From positions 1,235 to 65,234 of the forward strand of contig SXJP01000036.1 in the NCBI GenBank assembly GCA_005779395.1: a DNA stretch of 64,000 bases, given 5' to 3'. Below, piece by piece: positions 45,752 through 54,858 of the stretch. The DNA is from Actinomycetota bacterium. Its GTDB lineage: Bacteria > Actinomycetota > Acidimicrobiia > IMCC26256 > PALSA-610. Position 1 is the first letter of the stretch; the number at the start of each line of letters is the position of its first letter. The position numbers and the translations under genes were made by a program. The notes beneath the pieces are model-generated. The model saw nothing but the letters and a program-made list of their open reading frames with translations, ran no database searches and was not told the DNA's origin.

Positions 45752-47182
45752 CTAAAGAGACCCGCAGTTTGACGGTTTTGGATCGGTAGCAAACGCGGAG
45801 TTCTGGCATTTGGCGCCGGTTCCATAGTCGCCGACCAGCGTCGCAACATTGTCTGGGTCGCACCTGTAGATGCCATTGTTTGGAGCGATGTCAACGGTCG
45901 CGAACGCGCCACCTTCAACCACGAACAGCGCGTAGCAAGTAGAAGGCGTAGCTCCACTGAGATCGAGCGGGGCGTGGATACCGCCGCCACTCCATGTCGT
46001 GTTGGCAGCTGCCTTTTCCATGAGGCAGTCTCGTGTCAGCTCGGCACCGCAGTCGCGCGCTGCAGTAGCGAACAGCAACCATGCAGACAGGCTTTGGATG
46101 CCGAGGTAGGCCTGGATGCCGCCTTCGTCGTACGTCTCGATGAGGTCGGCGTATTGCGCAGTCGCTGAGCCAGCTTCGGCGGCGTTGCCGATGAAAGGCG
46201 CGAACGCTGAACGTACGTAGACGCCGTCTGCATCGTCGCCGGCTTCGAGAACCTTTGCGTCGTAGTGGTTGGCGTCCGTGCGTACCCAGTCGAGTGTCAC
46301 ATCGAGAGCCTTGAGTTCGCTCATTAGCTTGGCGAGGTTCACCGGTTCCCCAACCCAGATGAGTCCCTTGGCATCGTTGGCCTTGATGCTCTCAGCGAAC
46401 GGTCTCCAGCTGTCGACACCGAGAGATGGGTACTCCTCGTCGTAGACAACCTTCCAGTCGAGTTGAGCGATCCCCTCCTTGTAGCGGTTGGCGACGGTGA
46501 CTGTCGTGGCCAGGTCTCCTGTGAGGACTGCAACGTTTTGCGTTGACTCAGGGAAAGTTTCGGCGAGGTACAAGAAATCGCCGATCGGCAACGTGTCGGA
46601 AGGATTAGGTACCGGTTGCACGGTCAGGTCGGCCGCCGATGCCTTTGCGGTCACGGCGTAGCCAGGGATGGCAGGTAGCTCGCAGTCGAGGCGTTCTACT
46701 TGGCCCGTGTCGTCGAATACAGCGCCACCACCGACCATCGCGAAGTCACCTTCGTCACACGCTTCGATGACTCGTTGCTGAAATTGCGTCAGCATCGCGT
46801 CACGCAGCTTGAGTTCGATCGTGCGGCCGTTGATGCCGCCGTGCTCGTTGCACCAAGAGGTGAATGCTTCGGCCGTGTCAAACAGCTCTTGATTGAGTCC
46901 GGGGCGGCCGGGGAATCCTGGATCGGAAACCGTAGACACCTGGATCGACTCTGCGGTGACACCGGGGTCGTTACCTTCGACTAGTTCCATGCCTTCAGGG
47001 GTGCCGCTACAGATCACACCGAGGTCTCCGAATCCACCTTGGGCTAGGCCGACAGTTTCAGGTGGAGCTGTGCCGATTGGCGCTGTTGACGCCGTCTCCT
47101 TGATCTGCTCGTCGCTGCGGCCGCAACCTGCGACCATTACGGCAATCGAAAGACCAATAGTTAAGGCTTGTGCGCGTTTCAT
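45752..47182 (-). CDS. ABC substrate-binding lipoprotein (type I periplasmic binding fold, Liv-type)
   Basis: ATG 47182 (MKRAQALTIGLSIAVMVAGCG, lipobox). First gene of the liv-like operon. Confidence 0.8.
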   Translation of the reverse strand: MKRAQALTIGLSIAVMVAGCGRSDEQIKETASTAPIGTAPPETVGLAQGGFGDLGVICSGTPEGMELVEGNDPGVTAESIQVSTVSDPGFPGRPGLNQELFDTAEAFTSWCNEHGGINGRTIELKLRDAMLTQFQQRVIEACDEGDFAMVGGGAVFDDTGQVERLDCELPAIPGYAVTAKASAADLTVQPVPNPSDTLPIGDFLYLAETFPESTQNVAVLTGDLATTVTVANRYKEGIAQLDWKVVYDEEYPSLGVDSWRPFAESIKANDAKGLIWVGEPVNLAKLMSELKALDVTLDWVRTDANHYDAKVLEAGDDADGVYVRSAFAPFIGNAAEAGSATAQYADLIETYDEGGIQAYLGIQSLSAWLLFATAARDCGAELTRDCLMEKAAANTTWSGGGIHAPLDLSGATPSTCYALFVVEGGAFATVDIAPNNGIYRCDPDNVATLVGDYGTGAKCQNSAFATDPKPSNCGSL

Positions 47183-47341
47183 GATTCCCCCCGTGCTGTA
47201 GGCGACTGCGATAGTCGCGTTGGGGCAGAAGCTAATCGCGAAACGGTGCCGATTGCACGTTGGTTCGCTGTGACGCCGTCTTTGGCCAGCTTGATGGGGA
47301 GTCTCGATGTCACGAAAGTATTGTGGCGGCGTGTTGTTGCC

Positions 47342-48796
47342 ATGAAGATTGTTGTTGTCGGTGGTGGGGTAGCAGGGCTCGGCACAGCTCTCGCCGCCGC
47401 TAGGGCGGGCCATGAAGTGGTAGTCGTTGACCGCGATGCGACACCGATGCCAGAGTCAGCGCACGCTGCATTCGACTGGGACCGCCGGGGCGCACCACAG
47501 GTACGCCACAGTCATGCCTTCCTTGCCCGGCTCCGAAACCTTCTCATACAGCGGTGTCCAGATATCTATGAGTCGCTACTCGCAGCAGGAGCAACAGAGT
47601 TGCGCTTCACGGAGAACCTTCCGCCAGCACTCCTCGATTTTGAGCCTGTCGAAGGCGACGAACGCCTCTGCGCTATTGCTTGCAGGCGTACCACGTTCGA
47701 GTGGGTCTTGCGCAGATCGGTTATGAACGTCCCCGGGGTTGAGCTGATCGGTGGCGTGGCAGTAGACGGAGTGATCGCAGAAGCGGGTCCCGCGGGAGTA
47801 GTCCCGAACATCGTCGGTGTGCGCGGACGCAAGATTACCGATTATTCGCCTTTCGAGGTGCGAGGCGATGTCGTTGTAGACGCCACGGGACCGAGAACTA
47901 ACTCTGCGGCGTGGCTGGTTGCTGCCGGCGTGATCGAACCAGAACCAAGCGTCGAAACCTGTGAGATTGTTTACCTCTCGCGATTTTATGAACTGCGCGA
48001 TGGTGCCGAGGTTCCTTCTACTGTCGGTCCGATCGCCGGGGAACTCGGCTACCTAAAGTTCGCAGTTTTCATAGGAGATAACCGCACGTTCTCCTTGACT
48101 TTCGCGGTGCCGACGGCCGATAAGGACTTGCGGGTACTCAGCCAGGAAGCGATATTCGAAGCTGGGGCACGGCAGCTTGACCTGACGAAACCGTGGCTCG
48201 ATGGCCGTGCCCGACCGCTCACGGAAGTGCATTCGATGGCAGGGCTGCGCAACCGGCGTCGGTGGTTCGTAGACGGGCAAGGCAACCCAATCGTCACAGG
48301 GTTCGCTGCCGTCGGCGATGCCCACATTTGCACAAACCCCCTCTACGGACGGGGGTGTTCACTCGCATTTGTTCACGCGTTCGCGTTTGTCGATTCGCTC
48401 GAACAAGGCGCGCAAGGATGGGAAAGGACTTTCCACGATGCGACTGAGAGAGAGATCGATCCATGGTTTCGTGCATCGGTGCAACAGGACAAGGAAGCCA
48501 AGCGGATTGCGGCGGCAGAGTTGCAAGCCCCGACCGCGCAGACTGACGAGGTCGATCCATCGGGATACGTCCGCGAACTATTTCGAGATGGGTTGATGCC
48601 AGCGGTGCGGACCGTGCCAGATGTTTATCGGGCATTCCTGAGGTGGTTAAATCTCGAAGCGACACCAGACGCTTTGCTCACTGACTCTGTCGTGCTTGCG
48701 GCGGTCATGAAGAGTCATCAGGAGAAGGACTCGCGGCCTCCTGAGCCAGTTCTAGGTCCAGACAGGGTGTCGTTTCTCGCGGCTCTCGGCGCATGA
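47342..48796 (+). CDS. FAD-dependent oxidoreductase
   Basis: ATG 47342. MKIVVVGGGVAGLGTALAAARAGHEVVVVDRD is a dinucleotide-binding fold. Specific function not assignable. Confidence 0.7.
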   Translation: MKIVVVGGGVAGLGTALAAARAGHEVVVVDRDATPMPESAHAAFDWDRRGAPQVRHSHAFLARLRNLLIQRCPDIYESLLAAGATELRFTENLPPALLDFEPVEGDERLCAIACRRTTFEWVLRRSVMNVPGVELIGGVAVDGVIAEAGPAGVVPNIVGVRGRKITDYSPFEVRGDVVVDATGPRTNSAAWLVAAGVIEPEPSVETCEIVYLSRFYELRDGAEVPSTVGPIAGELGYLKFAVFIGDNRTFSLTFAVPTADKDLRVLSQEAIFEAGARQLDLTKPWLDGRARPLTEVHSMAGLRNRRRWFVDGQGNPIVTGFAAVGDAHICTNPLYGRGCSLAFVHAFAFVDSLEQGAQGWERTFHDATEREIDPWFRASVQQDKEAKRIAAAELQAPTAQTDEVDPSGYVRELFRDGLMPAVRTVPDVYRAFLRWLNLEATPDALLTDSVVLAAVMKSHQEKDSRPPEPVLGPDRVSFLAALGA

Positions 48797-48838
48797 GGAT
48801 TCGGATCAGAATCGGCAGATGTTGAGTATTCGGTCTTG

Positions 48839-50923
48839 TTAGTAGGCGAGCAGAGCTGCAATATCTCTTGCTATATCCGACACTTGCGGCAGCGTTGCAG
48901 ACTCAAGCCCCGGTTCGTATCCGACTAGCACATCAGGGGCTGTGAGGCGCCAGACGGGGGCACTCAAGTACTCGAAACATTCGTCGGCAACAAACGCAGC
49001 TATTTCGGCTCCAAATCCGCATGTGAGCGTGTCTTCGTGCACGACAAGAACGCGACCAGTTTTGCGCACCGATTCTGCGACGATTTCGTGGTCCCAAGGA
49101 GCAATGGTCCGCAGATCGATGATCTCTACGCCAGCGTCGTTGTCGCTGAACTCCTTTACAGCTTGGACTGCCTTGTGGACCGTCGCTCCCCAAGTGATGA
49201 CGCTTAGCCTGTCGCCACGAGTCACATAGCTACCCAGACCGAATGGCATAAGCCAGTCAGATGGTGGCATCGGATCACGGTTGTATCCCTGGCGGTAAAG
49301 GTGTTTGTGCTCAAGGAATAGGACGGGATCATCGCTCGCGAATGCTGTGCGTAGCAGTCCAGCCGCATCGCGGGCCCTCGAAGGGAATGCGATGAGAAGC
49401 CCAGGGACGTGTGCGAAGATCGACTCGCCAGAGTGACTATGCCAGATTGCTCCACCGCTCAAATATCCGCCGATCGCGACTCGCACGACGAGGGGACAAG
49501 AGAACTTGCCGTTGCTGCGCCAACGGATGGTCGCTGCCTCTTGTGTTAGCTGCTGCATGGCGGGCCAGATGTAGTCGAAGAACTGGATCTCGGCGCATGG
49601 CTTGAGTCCACGCAGTGCCATGCCGACGCCGCGTCCGACAATGTTGGCTTCGGCTAGCGGAGAATTAAAACAACGCGCTTCGCCAAACGCCCGTTGCAGG
49701 CCGAACGTGATCCCGAATACGCCACCCTTGCCCGGGACCTCGTCGAGCACATCGGTGCCTGCGTCTGCGACATCTTCACCGAACACTCGAATGCGTTCGT
49801 CCAGCGCCATTTGCTCATGAAGAGTGAGCCGGATCGCCTCGCCGAACGTGACTAGTTCCGGAGAATCACTGGCTGGCTCGACGGGATTATCGACATTCGG
49901 TATTCGGACAACGTGATCGAGTATCGACGATGGGTTCGGCCGCGGTGCGCTGAGGGCTTGGTCTGCCGCAAGGGCGACTTGCGTGCGAGCTTGTTCGCGC
50001 ATGAGCTCGATCTCGTCGCGTGTTAGCGCTCCGCGGCGAACGAGTTGCCGTGCCATTAGTTCGATTGGATCGTGCTGTTTTTCTTCGCTGAGTTCTTCTG
50101 TCGATCGGTACTTCTTGTGATCATCCGACAGCGAATGCGCGTATGGCCTCGTGACCGTCGCATGCAGGAGAACTGGCCCGGCACCCATTCGCACATGAGC
50201 AGTCGCAGTAGCGCCCTTCGCTAGCACCTTGAAGTAGTCACATCCGTCTACGGTCATGACCTCTAGACCACGGAAACCTCGGACCATTTCACTAACCGGA
50301 GCCGGGTGTTGGTCGGCAGCGCGGACTGATATGGCGTAGCCGTTGTCGGCTACGACGAACAAGACAGGGAGGTGCAAGCGAGCAGCGCTATTGAGGGACT
50401 CCCAGAACTCACCTTCGCTGCACGCTCCTTCGCCGAGCGACACGTAAGTGATTTCATCGCCACGAGCAGTGCAGCCACCGAGCGTTCTTCTGCCGATGTA
50501 GCGCGCAGCTTCGGCGCAACCGATAGCCCCGAGGCATTGAGAACCAGTACAGGATGATTGGGTGACGATGTGCAGCTGCGGATAGCCCCAGTGGCAAGGC
50601 ATCTGCCGACCGCCGCTCGCTGGATCGCTCGCGGATCCGACGGCTTGCATAAGCATTTCTGTAGGCGTGACACCTAATGCGAGAGCGAGCGCGCGATCTC
50701 GGTAGTAGGGGAAGAACCAGTCGTAACTCGGCCGCAACGATCTTGCTAGCCCGAGGCAGAGTGCTTCGTGTCCCGCACCTGAGATCTGAAAGAAGACTTT
50801 GCTCTGGGTGCGCAAGGCAATCTCGCGGTCGTCAATGCACCGGGAGATGAGCGCGAGGCGAAAGTCGGCGACGGCGTCTGCGATGAGAGTGTTTAGGTCT
50901 GCACTTGTCGTGACCATCGGCAA
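48839..50923 (-). CDS. 2-oxoacid dehydrogenase E1 component, fused alpha and beta subunits (ThDP-dependent)
   Basis: 694 aa. The N-terminal half is E1-alpha-like (GEGACSEGEFWE...VVADNGYAIS ThDP region). The C-terminal half is transketolase-like E1-beta (FNSPLAEANIVG, EIQFFDYIWPA). Confidence 0.85.
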   Translation of the reverse strand: MPMVTTSADLNTLIADAVADFRLALISRCIDDREIALRTQSKVFFQISGAGHEALCLGLARSLRPSYDWFFPYYRDRALALALGVTPTEMLMQAVGSASDPASGGRQMPCHWGYPQLHIVTQSSCTGSQCLGAIGCAEAARYIGRRTLGGCTARGDEITYVSLGEGACSEGEFWESLNSAARLHLPVLFVVADNGYAISVRAADQHPAPVSEMVRGFRGLEVMTVDGCDYFKVLAKGATATAHVRMGAGPVLLHATVTRPYAHSLSDDHKKYRSTEELSEEKQHDPIELMARQLVRRGALTRDEIELMREQARTQVALAADQALSAPRPNPSSILDHVVRIPNVDNPVEPASDSPELVTFGEAIRLTLHEQMALDERIRVFGEDVADAGTDVLDEVPGKGGVFGITFGLQRAFGEARCFNSPLAEANIVGRGVGMALRGLKPCAEIQFFDYIWPAMQQLTQEAATIRWRSNGKFSCPLVVRVAIGGYLSGGAIWHSHSGESIFAHVPGLLIAFPSRARDAAGLLRTAFASDDPVLFLEHKHLYRQGYNRDPMPPSDWLMPFGLGSYVTRGDRLSVITWGATVHKAVQAVKEFSDNDAGVEIIDLRTIAPWDHEIVAESVRKTGRVLVVHEDTLTCGFGAEIAAFVADECFEYLSAPVWRLTAPDVLVGYEPGLESATLPQVSDIARDIAALLAY

Positions 50924-50987
50924 CCCTCCTTGGGTTGGTTCAGTCCCGATAACGCTTCTCTAATGTTTCGGCGTACATGAAGTTCAG

Positions 50988-51788
50988 TTGAGTCGTGCCG
51001 AATTGAAGGATATGGTCGCAGATACGAATAGTGACGTACTTCCTTGGAGGAAACGCTTAGCGCGCACCCGACCATCTGGGTACATGCCGCCGCGCGAACG
51101 ATTCGGGCATTCGAGTAAGTCGGTACGTGTTCCATTTACGCGAATTCAGAAGGTTGCTTCACGCGCACTCGTCGCAAGCAAGGCAACTTCTGCACATTCG
51201 TACGCAACTTGCGAATGCGATTACACGGCTGTCGACGTGATTCGTAGAAGGGAGCGACTCACGTATTTGCCGTTCGTAGCGCGCGCTGTCGTGATCGCGC
51301 TGCGCGAATACTCCGACCTGAATGCGACGACTGAAGGCGAGCAGGTGACGACAAGTGATCGCATTCGACTCGGTATCGCTGTCGATCTAGACCACCACGG
51401 GCTTGTTGTGCCAGTCGTGCGTAATGCAGACGAGCTCACAGTTTCTGGGCTTGGTGCAACAATCGCAGACCTGGCCACACGAGCACGTGCGAAGAAGCTC
51501 ATCTTAGATGATGTCGCTGGAGCGACGTTCACGATCACCAACCCTGGCGGTTTCGGGACGTATTTGAGTTTCCCGATTATCAATCAACCTGAGGTCGCGA
51601 TTCTTTCTTCCGACGGGGTCCGCAAGAGCGTCGTCGCTGATCCGGATTCCGGCGGCCTTGCGATTAGGCGCATTGGATACCTCGGGCTCGCCTACGACGC
51701 TCGTGCCGTACAGAGTGGAACTGCAGCACAGTTTTTGCACCGTGTCGCCATGTTGATCGAACACTCCGATTGGGGCGCTCAGCTCTAG
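50988..51788 (+). CDS. E2-like 2-oxoacid dehydrogenase acyltransferase catalytic-core domain only (no lipoyl or E1/E3-binding domain; catalytic motif substituted)
   Basis: 266 aa. VPFTRIQKVASRAL, TFTITNPGGFG and INQPEVAIL match the E2 core. DHRxxDG is replaced by DARAVQS. Start is uncertain (TTG 50988 or ATG 51012). Confidence 0.7.
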   Translation: MSRAELKDMVADTNSDVLPWRKRLARTRPSGYMPPRERFGHSSKSVRVPFTRIQKVASRALVASKATSAHSYATCECDYTAVDVIRRRERLTYLPFVARAVVIALREYSDLNATTEGEQVTTSDRIRLGIAVDLDHHGLVVPVVRNADELTVSGLGATIADLATRARAKKLILDDVAGATFTITNPGGFGTYLSFPIINQPEVAILSSDGVRKSVVADPDSGGLAIRRIGYLGLAYDARAVQSGTAAQFLHRVAMLIEHSDWGAQL

Positions 51789-51861
51789 ACGCAACTGCAC
51801 AGCTACTCTCACCGCTGATGCAGATTCGCTCATCTGTGCTGCACTAATCGGAGGAATCGCG

Positions 51862-53070
51862 ATGACGGAAGAAAAGTCCACAGGATTCGGATTATCCATG
51901 TTCGATGTAGACCAAGAGACCGCTGCGCATCCGCAACCCGGGTATCAGATTCTCAGGGAGTCAATGCCAGTCATGCGGGTACCAGATGGCCCAATCATCC
52001 TCGCCCGCCACGACGATGTGACCTTCGCTTTGAAGAATCCGGAGCTCTTCAGCTCCATAAATGCGATCGAGATTGGCAACGTACGACCACTTATTCCATT
52101 GCAGATCGATCCTCCAGATCATGTGAAATATCGTCGTTTGCTCGACCCACTTTTCGCTCCGCGAGAGGTTGCGAAACTCGAGACCAAAGTTCGCGCGCTC
52201 GTCAACGAGCTGATAGACGGGTTCATTGAGACCGGTGAATGCGAGTTCAGCAGGGACCTCGCGATCCCATTGCCCTGCCAAGTCTTTCTAGAGATTCTTG
52301 GACTCGATTATGCAGATCTCGACCGATTTCTGCAGTGGAAAGATGACATCATCCGACCAGGTGGCGTCAGCGTCGACGCTGCCAAGGCGACGCAGGCGAA
52401 GGCCGGACAAGAGATCTACTCCTACTTCGCGCCGGTTATTGCCGACCGCAGAACTGCGCCACGCGACGACCTTGTCAGTCTCTTCGTGCACGCACACGTA
52501 GATGGTCACAACCTTAACGACGATGAGGTAGCTGACATCTGCTACCTGATGCTCATAGCGGGCCTTGACACCGTGACCGCAACGCTCACTTGCTCGATTA
52601 GTTATCTTGCGCAGCACCCTGACAGGCGAGATGAAATTGTCCGGGACCCCGCTCTCGTGCCGGGCGCTGTCGAGGAACTCATGCGGTGGGAGACTCCAGT
52701 GCCTGGCTTGCCACGCCAAGCGACTCAGGACATAGAGCTTCGTGGCGAGGTGATCAAAGCCGGAGAGAACGTAATTTGTTTGCTCGGCTCCGCGAACATC
52801 GACCCGTCAGAATTCCCAGACCCAGCATTAATCGACTTCTCGCGTTCAGGCAATCGTCACCTCGCGTTCGGTGGGGGAGTTCATCGCTGCCTTGGGTCCC
52901 ATCTAGCGAGGCTTGAACTGAAGGTAGCTATGGAAGAGATTCATGCGCGCCTGGCTGATTACTCCATCAAACCAGGGGAGACGCCCAACTTCACGTCTGG
53001 CTTGCGCGGTGCTGACTACTTACCGCTCGTGTTTCGGGCATCGACCAAACTTGGAGCGAGTTCCACATGA
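51862..53070 (+). CDS. Cytochrome P450
   Basis: 402 aa. EELMRWETP (ExxR) and the haem-thiolate loop FGGGVHRCLGSHLA. Confidence 0.9.
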   Translation: MTEEKSTGFGLSMFDVDQETAAHPQPGYQILRESMPVMRVPDGPIILARHDDVTFALKNPELFSSINAIEIGNVRPLIPLQIDPPDHVKYRRLLDPLFAPREVAKLETKVRALVNELIDGFIETGECEFSRDLAIPLPCQVFLEILGLDYADLDRFLQWKDDIIRPGGVSVDAAKATQAKAGQEIYSYFAPVIADRRTAPRDDLVSLFVHAHVDGHNLNDDEVADICYLMLIAGLDTVTATLTCSISYLAQHPDRRDEIVRDPALVPGAVEELMRWETPVPGLPRQATQDIELRGEVIKAGENVICLLGSANIDPSEFPDPALIDFSRSGNRHLAFGGGVHRCLGSHLARLELKVAMEEIHARLADYSIKPGETPNFTSGLRGADYLPLVFRASTKLGASST

Positions 53071-53261
53071 GGGTCGTCGTGAATCTCGAGGTCTGCAATG
53101 GGCACGGCCGGTGTTACGTCTTGGGGCCAGACGTATTTGCAAGCGACGATTTCGGACACTGTGAGATTCTCAGCAAGGAAATTACCGACCCTGAGCACGT
53201 GAGACAAGCCCAGCTTGGAGCCGAAAACTGCCCCGAACGAGCAATCTCCATCGAGGGTTGA
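53067..53261 (+). CDS. Ferredoxin, small 3Fe-4S type (P450 partner position)
   Basis: 64 aa. CNGHGRC ... CP pattern. ATGA overlap with the P450 gene. Confidence 0.8.
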   Translation: MRVVVNLEVCNGHGRCYVLGPDVFASDDFGHCEILSKEITDPEHVRQAQLGAENCPERAISIEG

Positions 53262-53266
53262 CAACC

Positions 53267-53608
53267 GTGGCGAGCGTGGACAAGAGCGGCATGCGCGTGC
53301 TCGTCGTCGGCGCCTCGAAAGAGCCGAGGGCCGTTCAGTCGCTCATCGATGCCGGTGCTGAGGTTCATAGCATCGACAAGCAACGCCCGATTGTTTCGTG
53401 GCTCGGGAGTCATACCGATTGCGATATCGCAGATGCGGGTGCGCTACGAAAGGCAGTCGACCGAGTGGGGTCGGTGTTGCATGCTCTTTATATTGCTGCG
53501 GACATGCTCGAGCAACCACGGCAAGCTGTCATCGATGCCGCCCGTGCAAAGTCGATTGATGGAATCTTCGAAGTCAGCCGACTCGATGATTCACAAGACG
53601 GTAAGTAA
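53267..53608 (+). CDS. Short Rossmann/SDR-like ORF with degenerate glycine motif (possible gene remnant)
   Basis: About 113 aa. RVLVVGASKEPRAV and DIADAGALRKAVDRVGSVLHALYIAA resemble only the first third of an SDR. Start is uncertain (GTG 53267 lies 9 nt after GAGGG; TTG 53258 and ATG 53291 are also possible). Confidence 0.4.
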   Translation: MASVDKSGMRVLVVGASKEPRAVQSLIDAGAEVHSIDKQRPIVSWLGSHTDCDIADAGALRKAVDRVGSVLHALYIAADMLEQPRQAVIDAARAKSIDGIFEVSRLDDSQDGK

Positions 53609-53611
53609 AGA

Positions 53612-53625
53612 TAGAACACGTTCTA
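53612..53625. promoter_or_regulatory. KstR-type (TetR-family) operator-like palindrome TAGAACACGTTCTA
   Basis: Arms TAGAAC/GTTCTA with a 2-nt spacer, 26 bp upstream of ATG 53651. It fits the published TnnAACnnGTTnnA motif. Confidence 0.55.
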
Positions 53626-53650
53626 GTTTTGGGTCCCTGACGGAGGACAT

Positions 53651-54829
53651 ATGTACGTCGGTTACAGCAAAGAGCACGAAGCCTTAAGAGATGAGCTACG
53701 CGACTACTACGCAGGCTTAATCACGCCCGAGACCGAGTCCGAACTTCGCAAAGGCGAAGGCATCGATGACTACTCGAAGTCTGTCTGGAAACAGATGGCT
53801 ACCGACGGCTGGTGCGGCCTCGGTTGGCCGGCGGAGTTCGGGGGTAAGAACCTGACTCCAATCGAACAGTTTGTGTTCTTCGACGAGTCGATGCGCTCGG
53901 GCGCTCCCGTGCCGATGCTCACGATCAACTCCGTCGCACCGACCATCATGCGATACGGCTCAGAGGAGCTGAAGCAGGAGTTCATTCCTCGGATATTGGC
54001 TGGCGATATTCACTTCGCAATCGGGTACACCGAGGCCGACGCCGGTACAGACCTAGCAAGTTTGAAGACTCGGGCGGTCCGCGATGGCGATGAGTATGTA
54101 ATCAACGGACAAAAAGTTTTTACGAGCCTTGCTCGGGGCGCTGACTATGTCTGGCTCGCTGTTCGCACAAACCCAGAAGTCAAGAAGCACAAGGGAATCT
54201 CGATCATCATCGTGCCGACTGATACTCCAGGGTTCAGGGCCGAGCCAATTGAAAACTTCGCCGGGTTCAACACGAACATCACGTATTACGAAGATGTTCG
54301 CGTACCGGCGCGGTTCTTGGTCGGCGAAGAGAACGGTGGCTGGGGGCTCATTACCAATCAGCTCAATCACGAACGCGTGACCCTATGTAGCTCTGGGATT
54401 ATCGATCGCCACTTGAGCGACGTCGCCGATTGGGCGAGGGAAACGAAGCTCGCTGACGGTCGTCGCGTGATCGATCAAGAGTGGGTGCAGGTCAATCTCG
54501 CAAAGGTCCACGCCAAACTCGAGTACTTGCGTCTTGCTAACTGGAAGATCGCATGGGAAGCGACTCAAGGCGCGTCACTGCAGCCAGCTGCGGCATCTTC
54601 TATCAAGGTCTTCGGCACAGAGTTTTACCTCGAGGCAGCGCGTTTGTTGCTCGAAGTGATCGGAAGTGTCGCCGCCCTTCGGCGCGATTCGCCGGGTGCT
54701 GTAGCCCGCGGTCGGATCGAGCACATGGTGCGTTCGATGCACATTCTCACGTTCGGCGGTGGTGTCAACGAGATGCAACGTGACCTCATCACCCTGTTCG
54801 GCCTCGGCATGCCATCGATTTCTCGCTGA
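53651..54829 (+). CDS. Acyl-CoA dehydrogenase (first of an adjacent pair)
   Basis: 392 aa. The ACAD fold pattern is seen throughout. The C-terminal region reads FGGGVNEMQRDLI. Confidence 0.9.
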   Translation: MYVGYSKEHEALRDELRDYYAGLITPETESELRKGEGIDDYSKSVWKQMATDGWCGLGWPAEFGGKNLTPIEQFVFFDESMRSGAPVPMLTINSVAPTIMRYGSEELKQEFIPRILAGDIHFAIGYTEADAGTDLASLKTRAVRDGDEYVINGQKVFTSLARGADYVWLAVRTNPEVKKHKGISIIIVPTDTPGFRAEPIENFAGFNTNITYYEDVRVPARFLVGEENGGWGLITNQLNHERVTLCSSGIIDRHLSDVADWARETKLADGRRVIDQEWVQVNLAKVHAKLEYLRLANWKIAWEATQGASLQPAAASSIKVFGTEFYLEAARLLLEVIGSVAALRRDSPGAVARGRIEHMVRSMHILTFGGGVNEMQRDLITLFGLGMPSISR

Positions 54830-54858
54830 CGTATCAAGACTCGATCGAAAGAAACGAC

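Noticed and set aside
47183-47413. 77-aa N-terminal extension of the substrate-binding protein ORF
   Set aside because: The lipoprotein signal peptide with its lipobox begins at ATG 47182. The extension would bury it and would overlap the divergent oxidoreductase gene.
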